A stretch of DNA of 64,000 bases from an uncultured cyanobacterium (GTDB lineage Bacteria; Cyanobacteriota; Cyanobacteriia; Cyanobacteriales; Cyanobacteriaceae). This document shows, in pieces, positions 12,108 through 25,400 of the stretch; position 1 is the first letter of the stretch, and the number at the start of each line of letters is the position of its first letter. Both the position numbers and the translations under genes were made by a program. The stretch lies in assembly GCA_963710605.1 (NCBI GenBank), contig CAVQBA010000004.1, positions 992,001 through 1,056,000 of the forward strand, given 5' to 3'. A model generated the notes under the pieces. The model worked only from the letters and a program-made list of their open reading frames with translations, had not been told where the DNA came from and did not search any database.

Positions 12108-12125
12108 TAAGGAGTATAGATGTAA
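12108..12125 (+). repeat. Left copy of 18-bp direct repeat flanking the CAST (TAAGGAGTATAGATGTAA)
   Basis: Identical to 32397-32414; abuts the TGTACA terminus. Confidence 0.9.
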
Positions 12126-12310
12126 TGTACATTCAATAATTAAACGTCGCTAATTAACACATTGTTGTCGTAAATATTGCTAGACTATAAAACAGTTTAA
12201 GTTATAACACTACAAAGCTTTAAGCTGTTTTTTCTTCAATGATAACGATTACGTTTTGTTTAAAACATTATATGTCGCTCTTGTATGTTTTTAATAAATT
12301 GGTTGTCGTT
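12126..12310 (+). repeat. tnsB-proximal transposon end (RE by convention) with ~4 TnsB-binding sites
   Basis: TGTACA terminus, then repeated ..GTCG(C/T) motifs at ~12145, ~12166, ~12273 and ~12304. Confidence 0.8.
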
Positions 12311-12360
12311 TGTTTGAGGTAATGTTATGCTAATAATCACAATAGTAGTAGATTAGTTTT

Positions 12361-14053
12361 ATGGCAAAATTGTCATCTAATAAACCAAGGGTGTATAGAC
12401 TTTCTTCTGATGAACAGATCACTGATGAAGTAAAGCTGAGAATAGAAGTCATTCAAACTCTTATAGAGCCATGCGATCGTCAACTATACCGACAACGAAA
12501 GCAAGAAGCAGCTCAAAAGTTGGGTGTGTCCATTCGATCGATTCGAAAGATTGATGAAAAAGTATCGAGAAGAGGGTTTAGTTGGTATTAGTAAAAGTAG
12601 ATCTGATAAAGGAAAAGTTCGTATTGATCGAGATTGGTATGACTTTATTTTGGATACTTATAAAAAAGGTAATCAAAGAGGCAAAAGAATTACTCGGCAT
12701 CAAGTGTTCTTGAAAGTTAAAGGACGTGCTAAGCAATTAAGACTAGAGAAAAAAGATTATCCTAGCCATCAAACAGTTTATCGAATTATCGATTTATATA
12801 TAGAAGAACAAGATAAGAAACGTAAAGCAAGGAGTCCTGGTTATTCAGGTTCTCGCTTGACTCACATGACTCGTGATGGTAGAGAAATCGAAGTGGAAGC
12901 AAGTAATGATGTTTGGCAATGCGATCATACTCGTCTTGATGTCAGATTAATTGACGAATTTGGAATTTTAGATCGTCCTTGGTTGACTATTATTATCGAT
13001 TCGTATTCTCGTTGTTTGATGGGTTTTTACTTGGGTTTTGAAAGTCCTAGTTCTCAAGTTGATGCTTTAGCTTTGCGTCAGGCAATTTTACCGAAATCTT
13101 ATAGTTCGGATTATGGTTTACGTAACGAATGGACTGCTTATGGTACACCGACTTACTTTTATACTGATGGAGGTAAAGATTTTCGCTCAATTCATTTGAC
13201 AGAACAAGTCGCTGTACAGTTAGGTTTTAGTTGTTCTTTAAGAAGACGACCTTCTGATGGAGGTATTGTCGAACGTTTTTTTCGTACTCTCAACGATAGT
13301 GTTTTAAGAGAACTACCTGGATATACAGGAGCAAATGTTCAACAACGTCCCAAAAATGTCGATCTCAATGCTTCTCTTACTCTCAAAGATTTAGAGCTAA
13401 TTTTAGTTCGTTATATTATTGACGAATATAATCAAAAAGCCGATGCCAGAAGAAAGGATGCTACTCGGATGCAATTGTGGGAAAGCGGCTTAATTGTCGA
13501 ACCCGAACCCTACAATGAAAGAGAACTTGATATTTGTTTGATGAAACAAACAAGAAGAACGATTCAGAAGTTTGGCACGTTGCAATTTGAGAATGTAACC
13601 TATAAAAGTAATCATCTTCGAGGCATGGCTGGTGAAGTTGTCGTAATTTGTTACGATCCCGAAGATATTACTACAATATTAGTATATGAGCGTTTGAATG
13701 ATGATACAGAGCAATTTTTAGATTATGCTATAGCTCAGGGATTGGAAGCGGAAAAACTATCACTACGAGAATTAAAAGCTATTAATAAAAAATTGAATCA
13801 AGAGCAGGAAAAAATTAATAATGATGCTGTACTTGATGCCATTTTAGAACGAGAAGTTTTAGTGGAGGAGTTGAGTAAAAAGAATCGTCAAGAACGTCGT
13901 CAAGTAGCTCACCAAGAAGTTAATACCGTTAGAACAGTAGCAGAAAAGTTAAATATTGCTGAGCCTGAAGTTGTGGAAGAGGAAGAAAATGAAGAGGAAG
14001 AGTTACCTTCCTATCAAGTCCAGTATATGGATGACCTTTTTGATGATGATTAA
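12361..14053 (+). CDS. tnsB: CAST transposase TnsB (DDE), one-base frameshift near 12544
   Basis: HTH AAQKLGVSIRSI then ERLMKKY in the next frame; catalytic QCDHT, YTDGGKDF, GIVERFF. Confidence 0.92.
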
Positions 14054-14076
14054 TTATTAGTGGAGATTAATAGTAA

Positions 14077-14934
14077 ATGACGAATGCGGAAGTAATTGCG
14101 AATCAGTTTGGTAGTTTGCCTACTATCACTCCTGAAATTCAAGCCCAAATCGATCGATTAAATAAATATCCCTATATTGAGTTCAAGCAAGTGAAAGAAT
14201 GTCATGATTGGATGTATGAATTAGTACTTTCTCGCATGACGGGTTTACTGGTGGGAAAATCTAGTTGTGGTAAAACGGTCACTTGCAAATCTTTTATGGC
14301 AAGATACAATAAATCAAAGCAAGGAAACAAACAGAGAATTAAGCCCGTAGTTTATATTCAAGTTCCTGAAAAATGTGGTTCGAGAGATTTTTTTATCAAA
14401 ATACTTAAGGTGTTGAATAAACCAACTAAGGGAACAATTTCAGATTTGAGGGAAAGAACGCTTGACGGTTTGGCGATTCATTGTTGTGAAATGTTAATCA
14501 TTGATGAAGCTAACCACCTCAAACAAGAAACCTTTGCTGATGTTAGACATGTTTATGATGAGGATGATTTAAATATCTCGGTTTTATTGGTTGGTACAAC
14601 AAATCGTTTAGAAACAGTTGTTAGAAGAGATGAACAGGTAGCTAATCGCTTTTTGGAAGAATACGAACTCGATAGATTAGATGATAAGGAGTTTAAAACT
14701 ATTGTGAGAGTTTGGGAAAGAGATATTTTGAGATTACCCGAACCTTCTAATTTAGCAACAGCCGAAAATATTAGACTGTTGAAAAGCTCTACTCGTAAAT
14801 TACTCGGACGTTTAGAGAAAATTTTACGTAAAGCAGCGATTCGTTCTTTATGCAGGGGAGAAAAACATATTACGCCTGAAATTTTGAAGCAAGTAATTAG
14901 TTCTACTAAATGGTCTGATGAAAGAAGAAAATGA
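14077..14934 (+). CDS. tnsC: CAST AAA+ ATPase TnsC
   Basis: Walker A GKSSCGKT, Walker B MLIIDEA, RDEQVANRF. Confidence 0.93.
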   Translation: MTNAEVIANQFGSLPTITPEIQAQIDRLNKYPYIEFKQVKECHDWMYELVLSRMTGLLVGKSSCGKTVTCKSFMARYNKSKQGNKQRIKPVVYIQVPEKCGSRDFFIKILKVLNKPTKGTISDLRERTLDGLAIHCCEMLIIDEANHLKQETFADVRHVYDEDDLNISVLLVGTTNRLETVVRRDEQVANRFLEEYELDRLDDKEFKTIVRVWERDILRLPEPSNLATAENIRLLKSSTRKLLGRLEKILRKAAIRSLCRGEKHITPEILKQVISSTKWSDERRK

Positions 14935-15430
14935 GTTATGGTTAACAAAAATTGAACCATTCGCAGGGGAAAGTATCAGTCATTTTTTAGGTCGCTTTCG
15001 TCGTGCGAGAGGAAATCGTTTTTCTGCTCCTAGTGGTTTAGGAGAAGTGACAGGATTAGGTTCGGCTATATCTCGATGGGAAAAGTTTTATTTTTCACCT
15101 TTCCCCACACAAGAAGAGTTAGAAAAATTAGCAATAGTTGTGATGTTAGATGTCGATCGTCTTACACAGATGTTTCCTGATGAAGGTATGGTAACGCAAC
15201 CAAAACCAATTATGCTTTGTGCAATGTGTTATCAAGAATCTCCTTATCATCGAATAGAGTGGCAAGATAAGAAGAATAAAAGAGGGTGTAGAGTCCATAA
15301 TCTAAAACTACTTTCTAAATGTACTAATTGTGGAACTCCTTTTGCTATTCCTTCGATGTGGGTTGAAGGAAAATGTAGTCATTGTCATCTACCGTTCATG
15401 AAAATGAGTAAAAAACAAAAATCTTTGTAA
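14918..15430 (+). CDS. tniQ: Minimal TniQ
   Basis: EPFAGESISHFLGRFRR; Zn ligands CAMC, CRVH, CTNC, CSHC; overlaps tnsC end. Confidence 0.93.
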   Translation: MKEENELWLTKIEPFAGESISHFLGRFRRARGNRFSAPSGLGEVTGLGSAISRWEKFYFSPFPTQEELEKLAIVVMLDVDRLTQMFPDEGMVTQPKPIMLCAMCYQESPYHRIEWQDKKNKRGCRVHNLKLLSKCTNCGTPFAIPSMWVEGKCSHCHLPFMKMSKKQKSL

Positions 15431-15542
15431 ACTCTTATTTGGTTAGGATGATTAGTAACTATATATTTTACCCACAATTAAATAAACCCTGACCAATTCG
15501 ATATTAAGTCTGAAGCAATTTCAAAGTGAGTACAGTTGAAAT

Positions 15543-18500
15543 ATGAATCGAAATGCTTTAGTTATTGGAATAAATAACTATCCTTTTTTGAAAAAAACCA
15601 ATGGACAAACAAACAATTTGACTACTCCAGCAACAGATGCTGAAGCGATCGCATCCTTATTAGAAAATCATGGTAACTTTAAAGTTAAACGATTACCAGA
15701 AGCTAGTATTGACGGCAAGCTACAGGTAGATCCGAATGGAACAGTTAACGCTAAAGAATTACAAAAAGAAATAAAAAATTTATTTTTACCAGAAAGTCAA
15801 CAAATTCCTGATACTGCCTTATTATTTTTTACTGGACATGGTTTGAGAAAAAAACAAGCAAAAAGATATAAAGGCTTTTTAGCAACGAGTGATTGTAATT
15901 TTAGTCAAGATAGATACGGTTTTTCACTACAAGTTTTAAGAGAAATATTAGAAAATAGTGATATTCTTCAACAAATAATCTGGTTAGATTGTTGTTATGC
16001 AGGAGAATTACTTAATTTTGAGGAAGCAAATCCAGAAGAAAAAGGAAGAGCGAGAGATCGTTTTTTTGTAAGTGCATCTGCTGATTTTGAAGAGGCGTAT
16101 CAGCTTTTAAATAAAAAATCAGGAGCTTTAAGTAGTGTCTTATTAAGAGGACTCAATCCTCGACAAAAAAAGCAACAACAATGGATTAATAATTTTTTCG
16201 TAGCTGATTTTATTTGTGAAGAATTTCAAACAAATCCTCAACTCAAAAATTTACCTCAAAGACCTGTTTGTCATAACTATGGAGGAATAATTCAACTTAT
16301 TCAAGGAGAAAAAATAGACGAAGAAATAAAAATTGATACATTAATTTCATCATCTCAAAAAACACAACAAAAATTGACTGTTGAGTTGATGTATAAGCAT
16401 TTTGAAAGAGTCAAAGCTATTGCTGGAACACGCTATACTCCCGAAATTAATGTTGATTTGCCAGAAGCTAGAATCTTTGAAGCTTTAGGTACAACAGATG
16501 TTTTCTTCAACAAAATTAACAATTTATATTCTCAGCTATATCATAAGTGGAAAAAGATTAAGATATTACCACAATCATTACAACAATTTATTTATATAAT
16601 CAATTTAAGAAATAATCTAGAAAATGATATCAAACCATTAATCAATATTTTGAAAAAAATACCAGAAAGAGATACGTTAATTATAGATTTTGACTCTATG
16701 GTTTCTTATTCAAAGAAAATTTCTGAGTATGATATTTTTGATTTAATTTATCCAGATAATATTAACCAAATAAAAAAATCAAAAGATAACAATAATGATG
16801 ATTTAAATAGAGCTTTAAATTATATTTATAATGATGTTTCCAAGCTCAAAACATTAGTAACCGAAATTTATCAACTTGTCATAAATGAAGTAGCGGCTTG
16901 TCATAACAGAAAACTTCTACTTATTGGAGAAGCGGGTACAGGTAAAACTCATCTCTTGTGTGATATTGCTAAACATCGTCTTGATAAATCACTCCCAACA
17001 ATAATTTTATTAGGACAACATTTTACTCAAGGTAATCCTTGGACTCAGATTATCAACCGATTCAATCTTTCGTTTCAAAATCAAGATGAATTCTTAGAAG
17101 CATTGGAAACTAGTGCAAAAAGTTGTGGTAGTCGAGCAATGATTTTGATTGATGCTCTTAATGAAACTACTGATAAAGGTTTATGGAAAAATGAATTAGC
17201 GGGGATGTTAACAGATTTAGATAACTATCCAAATATTTGTATTGCTGTCAGTTGTCGAACTTCATACGAGAAAGCAACAATTCCCGAAGAACTTGTTCCA
17301 GAAAAATTAGTTAAAGTTAAACATCATGGGTTTGAAAATCACGAATATATTGCAACAAAAACCTTTTTTAATCATTATGGAATTGAGCTTCCCAATGTAC
17401 CTTTACTAGTTCCAGAGTTTTCTAACCCACTTTTTTTGAAAACACTTTGTCAAGGTCTTAACAAGAAAAAATTAACCCGAATACCCAAAGGTTGTAAAGG
17501 AATTACTGCTATTTTAAATTTGTTTATAGATTCAGTTCATAATACTTTATCTGAACGACTTAATTATGACGAAAAAGATAATTTAGTGAAAAAAGCGTTA
17601 CAAGCTCTAGCTTTAACTATGGCAGACAATGGAGAAACTTGGATAGAAAGAAAAAAAGCACGAACTATTGTTAATTCGTTTTTACCGATAAGCAATAGTA
17701 ATTTTTCACAGAGTTTATTTAGTAATCTAATCGCTGAAGGATTATTATCAGAAGATTTACATTATTCTTCTTCAGAAGATATATACGAAGATGAGCAAGA
17801 AATTCATATTATTAGATTTCCTTACGAAAAATTTAGCGATCATTTAATTGTTCGTTATTTACTGCAAAAATACTTTGATAAAAATAATCCTGAGAAATCA
17901 CTAGAAAAAAATAACTCATTAGGAAAACTAATACAAAATAAATGGAACATATTTAACAAAGCTGGTTTATTTGAAGCTTTGTGCGTTCAAATACCCGAAT
18001 TAATTGGCAAAGAATTAATGGAATTAACATCATGGAATGTATTGTATTTTGAACGTCCATTTCTACAAAGTATTATTTGGCGTAATCCAAAGACAATCAC
18101 TCAAAAAACCAAAGATTATCTTAATGAAATATTTAAGGAAGAGGGAACAGAAGAAAAAGTTTATGAGCTTTTACTTACAGTTGCAACTGAACCAAACCAT
18201 CCTCTAAATGCCAAGTATCTGCATAAACATCTTCTCAACATGAATATGTCAGATAGAGATGCTATTTGGTCTGTTTATCTCTATTATCAATATGGAGAAA
18301 AAACGATTGTCGATCGTTTAGTTGAATGGGCATGGGATGCAGAAAAAGCTCATATTTGCGATGAGTCGATCGAACTTTATGCGATCGCTTTAACATGGTT
18401 TTTGACAACATCCGATCGTTTTCTTCGCGATCGAGCTACCAAAGCTTTAGTTTCAATGCTACATCCTAGACCTCTTGTTTTAGTGAAAGTGATTGAACAA

Positions 18501-20559
18501 TTTTTAGAAGTTAACGATCTTTATGTTTTAGAGCGTTTATATGCTGTTGCTTATGGCGTAGCGATGCTAAGTGAAAATTATCAAGAAGTAGGAGATCTAG
18601 CTCATAAAGTATATGAGTGGGTATTTAAAGATGAAAAACCACCAACACATATTCTTTTACGTGATTATGCTAGTGGAGTCATTGAAGTAGCAAATAATCT
18701 TGGGGCTTTATCAACCAATATAGATATGGAGAAAACCTCACCTCCTTATCAAAGTGATTGGGAACTAGATATTCCGACACAAGAGGAGCTAGAGCTATAT
18801 ATTAAACTAATTAAGCTTTGTTTTGATAATAGTATAACAAAACTAATATTACTATCCCTTCTTCAATCGTGGGATCTTAATTGCTTAATGATTTATTGGT
18901 TAAATTTTTGGTTGATAATCACTTTAAGAACAACTGATAGTGAATATCATCAACATCCTAAATATGCTTTAGACTTAGTCCAAAGATCTGTTCTTAATGA
19001 TGACCCTGTAATGGGAGGTGACTTTTCTATATATGTGATAGATTATTGTACCAATAATTGGTTTTCTCGCAGAATAAATCAACCCAAGGAATTAACTAAA
19101 AAAGAAAAATATGAGCAGTTTATTGACTCTCTTACTGATAAACAAAAACAAGCATGGAAAAAATATACGATAGCACGAGAAAACGTGAACTACTATGAAA
19201 CATTAGATCGAGAAGGTCGTATAGAATGCTTTGGAGAAGAATATTCAGATGAAAAATTAGTAGAGGCATTAGAATTTAAGAAATCATTATTTTTAAAGAC
19301 AATTGGTAAAAAGAAAACAGACATTTTTCTAAGTTATGTTCTGGATTATTTAGAAAATTCACGAGAAGAAAATATAGATATTTTTGATTCTTCCTTCGCA
19401 AAACGATGGATTCTTAAGCGGGTATTCGAATTAGGCTGGACGATCGAACAATTTGGCTTTTTCGATCGACACTGTTCCAGTCAAATGTCGTATTGCTAAT
19501 AAACCAGAGCGTATAGGTAAAAAATATCAATGGATTGCTTTTCATGAGTTTTTAGCACATATGGCGGATAATTTAGAGTTTAGAGAATCTTATTTATCCG
19601 ATAAAGTATCTGTTTATCAAGGTACTTGGCAAATTAGTGTAAGAGATATCGACCCATCTTTTTTATTGAAAAAAATTCCAGAATCTTCAATAAACCAAGT
19701 TAGATGGTTGACACCTGTTCACCACGAATTTAAGCATTGTATTAATGAAAAAGAACAAATAGATTGGATAACCAAAAAAAATGATTACCCCGATCCTTTA
19801 CAATTGATTGAATTAAATAATCCTGACGATAATAAACACTGGTTAACGTTAGAAGGTTTTTACCGATGGATGGAAAAAGAACCTTTAGAAGAAAAAATTT
19901 ATGAGAATCCTCGCAGAGAAATTTGGTATCAAATCAAAAGCTATATTGTTCGTAGTGAAAATGTAGATGAATTAGTTGAATGGTTAAAAGATAAAAATTT
20001 TGAAGGTAGATGGATGCCAGAATCACATCATATATCTAATGTTTCTGATGCTTTTTTGGGTGAATTTCCTTGGTCTGTATCTTGTCAAGAAGTAAATCAA
20101 ATCAATGATTGGACTCAATACACTAGTTCTCAAGAAGAATTACCACACCCAGTTTTAGTAACAACAACAGAATATATGAGTGAGGAAGGTGGATTTGATT
20201 GTTCGATTGATGAGACAATATCAGCTTTGATACCATCTAGTTGGCTAATAAAGAATATGGGATTAAAATGCTCCAGGAAAAAATTTGATTTTGTCGATTC
20301 AGATAACGAATTAACTGCTTTTACTCCATTAGGTGAACGACTTCCTAAAAATTGTCTGATCTCTAAAGAAAAATTGGCTCGTTTTCTGTTAGAAAATAAT
20401 TTAGAGATTATCTGGACATTATTGGGTGAGCGTCAACTTATTGGTGGCGAATTTGGTAAATGGAAAGGACGTATGGAAATTTCAGGAGTATATCAACTAA
20501 AAAATGGTTCAGTAACTCAAATAAAACTGAATAATTGGCATAACAAACCAAAAGAATAA
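15543..20559 (+). CDS. Caspase (peptidase C14)-Avs2-type STAND ATPase fusion, frameshift near 19470-19500
   Basis: N-terminal ALVIGINNY, FTGHG, WLDCCYAG (His/Cys dyad); then RYTPEINVDLP, GEAGTGKT, LIDALNE, LRDRATKAL, ERIGKKYQWIA, RDIDPS, motifs I recognise from AVAST type 2. Confidence 0.78.
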
Positions 20560-20601
20560 AAGATTGGAGAATTGCAACGAATTAATTTTAAACGATCGAT
20601 T

Positions 20602-22287
20602 TTAACTTGCTTCACTCTCCTCAGGATTATTTTCACTCTGTAACTTTCTTAATCCTTGATTGGCAATATCCGCACTCAATCCCCATAAAAATAAACCTAA
20701 ATAATCATATAATCCATTAACTCCAAAAGTTGCTCCTGCGTTTACATATAAAGTTTGTAATCCTAATAATACTAAAAGAATCAAGAAAACTAACCATAAA
20801 AGAGGACGAATTAACCAATAACGCACTTCTGCATTGAGAGTTTGAATACCAGATAATGCCGCTAAAAGTTTTGCCAACCAATTCCAACGATGACCGCCAG
20901 GAAGTCTAGGTTTTGGTAAAGCTTGAAAAGCCTCAATTAACTGATTACTATTTTCACGAAAGCTATCTAATAAAGGTTGAATAATATCATCACCTATTCC
21001 CATTGAACCATCTGCTTGTGCTTCTCTTAATTTGTCCTCAACTTCATTACTTAATTGTTGTGCTTGTTCGAGATTACCATTGATTAATGACTCTCTAGCT
21101 TCGTTGATTTTAGGATTTAATAATGCTTTGAGTGCATCTAATTCATTTAATTTAGTTTCTAAAGCTTCTAAGTTACTTGAAAAACTAACGATGATATCAA
21201 GCTTCTTCAATTCTTGTTCTACTATTTCTTCTGTTTCTTCTCCTCGATCGATTTTCTGTTTTAATGCTTGAAATTGTGGCTCTAAATAATTCAAAACATC
21301 TTCATTATTAATACTGACTGCTTTACCACGCAATTGAGCGTAACGAGGATAAAGGTTAACCTGTTTTTGTGCTTTAGGACTTTCCATATCCTGTGATAGT
21401 CTTCCTACCAGAATACCCAAAATAATCACAATTAAAGCCCAAATAGGTGCATCACGTACTGCTATAGTTGTATTAACCTTGAGGGGTTCATCAGCATTTT
21501 CTAACTTAAATCTTAAAGTACCCTGATAAAAGTCTGCGGAAAGTTGATTGCGATTAATTATTAACTCAATATCTCCAATATCTTGAGTTTCCAAAGTTGG
21601 ATTAAGAACAGTTAGAGATATTTCACTACTATTTACTGAATTACCTGTTTTTTCCCCTTGCATGACTACCTTCGCATCAGTAATTTGAACAGGAATTAAA
21701 GTTTCATTATCTAGCTGTACTATCCATTGATTCTTTGTCACGCTATCTGGTAATAACAAAGTGGCTAATCCACAACTAATAGGGTTATGACAACGAACTA
21801 CTTGAAAGTTTAAGTTGTCAGTAACAGGAGCAACATTAGGTTCGGCATCAATATCTAATTGCAAAGGGATTTCTAAAGGTTCAACATCCGTTTGTCCTGA
21901 AACTATAAACTGAATATTACCTTGATATTTACCTGGATGAATAATATTATTTATAGTAACTCGTACATCACGAGGTTGTCCTTTACTTAAACTTGTTCCT
22001 GTTGGAATGTTGATTTGGCTACGATCGATCTTGATACTGTCATCATTTACTTTAGTAAGATCAGAGGGGAGTATTTGCAAATCCTTAACTTCACCATCAG
22101 TTAATGTCAGCCTTACGTTACCACTAAAAGAAGTCGTTTCCTGATCTAATGTTCCTTTTATAATTAAAGGATTATCTTGCTTATCAACTATCAAACTAGG
22201 TAATTCCTGAGCTAAAACTTGAGATGAACTAAATATAATGACAACAAAGCTAATAACTAAAGTAAAACGCAACAATAACTTTCCCAT
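20602..22287 (-). CDS. Membrane protein: signal peptide, beta-rich extracytoplasmic region, TM helix, coiled coil, ~2 C-terminal TM helices
   Basis: Hydrophobic segments at the N-terminus, IWALIVIILGILVG, LLWLVFLILLVLLGL and YLGLFLWGLS; no family recognised. Confidence 0.7.
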   Translation of the reverse strand: MGKLLLRFTLVISFVVIIFSSSQVLAQELPSLIVDKQDNPLIIKGTLDQETTSFSGNVRLTLTDGEVKDLQILPSDLTKVNDDSIKIDRSQINIPTGTSLSKGQPRDVRVTINNIIHPGKYQGNIQFIVSGQTDVEPLEIPLQLDIDAEPNVAPVTDNLNFQVVRCHNPISCGLATLLLPDSVTKNQWIVQLDNETLIPVQITDAKVVMQGEKTGNSVNSSEISLTVLNPTLETQDIGDIELIINRNQLSADFYQGTLRFKLENADEPLKVNTTIAVRDAPIWALIVIILGILVGRLSQDMESPKAQKQVNLYPRYAQLRGKAVSINNEDVLNYLEPQFQALKQKIDRGEETEEIVEQELKKLDIIVSFSSNLEALETKLNELDALKALLNPKINEARESLINGNLEQAQQLSNEVEDKLREAQADGSMGIGDDIIQPLLDSFRENSNQLIEAFQALPKPRLPGGHRWNWLAKLLAALSGIQTLNAEVRYWLIRPLLWLVFLILLVLLGLQTLYVNAGATFGVNGLYDYLGLFLWGLSADIANQGLRKLQSENNPEESEAS

Positions 22288-22417
22288 AGGAGATCGAGTT
22301 ATATTAATTTGTCCAATAGAATCATAGCAATTCTAGCAATCAGATGAAAAAACTTTTTCTTGTTCTACAAGTTCTTTGAATAAAAATGCCTAAGAAGTAG
22401 GATTTTCTATTTTTGAG

Positions 22418-25400
22418 TTAACCACACACAGGTTGAGCTAATTTTACATCAGCAGAAGCAAATAAGCTGTAAGCTAATCCTCTGGGGTCTAAATGTTCTC
22501 GTAATAAGCTGTGACGAGATTTAAATAAGGCTTCTCCTGCGGGATTTTGCTGTAAGAAGGATTGGAAAAAGTTAACCATAAAAGCATTCGCTAACATTTC
22601 TTTTACTTCACATTGCGTACCAATCACTCCAGCCGCACCTCAATCGCAGAAAAATTGTAGTAAATTCTCAAAATTATCAGGGGTATAATCAGCAGTGTCA
22701 CAAGCATTGAGAACAATTAAAGGTTGATGCTGGTCAAATTTCATATCCCATGCATCTAAATCTATTAACTGTATTTTATCACCATTACCAATAGTCAAAA
22801 AAGGACTATCATCAAATTCATCTATGCCTCCATGAGTATAAAAGTATAAAATATCTGCTGGAGTAGTACCATAATTTTTAATCATTTGTTTGAAGCTATC
22901 ACGGCTATCAATTCGCAGAAATTCTAGTTGTTTTGCTGAGGCTAATTTTCCTAATTCTTCCCAATGATGAGCTAATCGTTTAAAGTTGTTAAAGACAGTT
23001 GCATTAACTAATAACGGTAAATTATTACGAATAAATAAGGGTAAGGAATTTTTTGGTAAAGGTTTATGGGGTTCAAGTTTACAAGGTAATTGCTCGATAA
23101 TATAACGATAGCCCCAAAAACTATGAGGACAAACGGTTATTTCTTCCTCATCTGTACCATAACTAGGACAATCTTCAGGATTGGCACCATGTTGATGCCA
23201 ATTAGGACAAAGTTTAGTAACTCCCTCTTGATAAGACTCTATTTTTCGTTCATAAAGTAATTCCCAAGGTACACCTAAAGCACTAGATAAAGGAGCAACT
23301 TGAATTACTGTTTCGGGTTTTAAATCTACATTTAATCTTTGTCTGTCATCATGAATATCTTCTTGATAATCTAATCCCGGTAGTAAAGCTAAATAGAATT
23401 TTCTACCAATAACTGCTAATTCTCCTAAATGTTTAGTTAAAACTGCTTCTGTACTGCCTAATGTTCCTGAATAGGCGTTCATCGTTTGACATAATTGTTT
23501 ACGTATTACTGTTAAGGCTTTGGTTAATTTAGCGTCGGTTAAGGTTGATTGTTGAAAGCCTAAATCTGTTCCTTCTGTATCATAAAAGCGAAGTCCAATG
23601 CGATTATAGTCTATATCTCTTTCAGCGACAATCGTTAATTTACGAGGTTTATCTTGAAGAGGTTTTAAATCTTCAGTGCTTAAAGAGACAGCACGAGTCC
23701 AAGTTACATAAGCATCTTGCACAGGAAATGCTGATTCTGGTGGTTCATCTTCTGCATTTTCTACCACATCAATTTCTATTCTTTTTGATTGTAATAAATG
23801 CCCTTGTAAAAGTAGGTCTATATCAATACTATGTCTTCCTGTACGAGTAAAGGTTAAATCAAAAAAGATATATTCACTATCTCCTTTGGGAGGAAGTTTT
23901 AGTTTTTGAATTGGTGAATCTATTTCTACATCAAAAGAATTAACAACTACATCTAAATCTAAATATTCTTTATCTTCAAATAAGGTTTTTATTGATTCAT
24001 CTGGAAAGGTAACGTTAGGGTTTCCTATTCCCCAAAATTTACCAATATTAATTTTTAGATAATACTTTTTGGTATTTAGTTTCAATGGTTGATGAGTTGA
24101 GATATTTTTTTTCTCATTCAGTAAACAAAAACCACAATTTAGATAACGTTTTTCAAAAGAAAACGATTTATCTTTATTTGATAATTGTTGCTTAATTGCG
24201 TTATTAAGAATTCTATTTTCAGAAATATCATTTTCAGTAATGTGACCTGAATCTAAACAATTGGAAATAGCATTACTAACCTCATCCTTAAATGAATATC
24301 TTTGCACAATTCGCACATAAGACACTGCTTTACAACCCTTGGACCAAGACATGACTAAAGTATCGAAAATATCTTTAGCTTTTAAGGCTCTTTCTTCTTC
24401 GTATTTAAAATAAACTCCTTGGTTAAGGTTAAAGAGTAATTCCATCGAAATCCCCGTATCAATCCATTGTTGAATTGTGGCGATCGCTTTTACTACTTCA
24501 TCTTGATGCAAATTTTTATTTTCTTGATAAAACCAATATTTATCACTAATATAAGGAGGTGCGATCGCTACTGTTCCTGTTGCCCACTTATCATAGAAAA
24601 ATCTACTATATACAGGTAAGACACTTGCTGTACATCCTTGAACCAAAGAAGAAGATGTATTAGGTGCGATCGCAGTTATATGTGAGTTACGTATTCCGTG
24701 TTGTTGAATATCTAATGATAATTGTTGCCAACGAGATGTATTGTAAGCGTTTTGCTCGAACCATTCCACAGGCTTACAACCAATTAATAAACCTTTACTC
24801 CAATCGCTATTTTCAAAGGCAGGATAAGCACCTCTTTCTTGAGATAGCTTCATAGAAGCATGAGTACAATAATAACCAATATCTTCAAATAAGTTACTAA
24901 TTTGATTGAGGTTGTTGTATCTTAATTGACGTTTGGCTAACCAATCGGCTAACCCCATCGCACCAACACCAATGGTACGATAACGATCGTTATGAGATGC
25001 GGCATCTTCAAAAGGAGGTTGAGTAATTTCGATCGTATTATCTAAAATTCTCACGGCTAAATTACAGACAGATTCAATTATTTGATCATCCACATTAGCT
25101 AAATTGAGCGATACTAAATTACAACAATGAGCATATTTACCAGGGGTAACATTAGAAAAAGATTCGGTACATAAATTGACACCAGGAATATAACCATCAT
25201 GTTTATTTGGATTAGCTCGATTAATGGCATCTTTAAAAGCTAAGTAAGGCATTCCTGTCTCTACTTGTGCTTTCATTATTTCTTTGAATAATTCTCTAGC
25301 ACTTACTTTTTTGTAGAGTTTGATTCTGGTATCTATACTTGCTTCAATTACAGAGTAAGCCTCTTCAAATTCTTTACCCCATAAAGGTGCTAAATCGATA

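Noticed and set aside
12524-12591. Programmed frameshift in tnsB
   Set aside because: No clear slippery site at the junction, and similar one-base breaks occur in groEL and recF; error or mutation is more likely.
22640-22642. TGA as selenocysteine or programmed readthrough (also 47045 in clpB)
   Set aside because: The position corresponds to a basic residue (Lys in the paralog, Arg expected in ClpB), not Cys; a CGA>TGA change is simpler.
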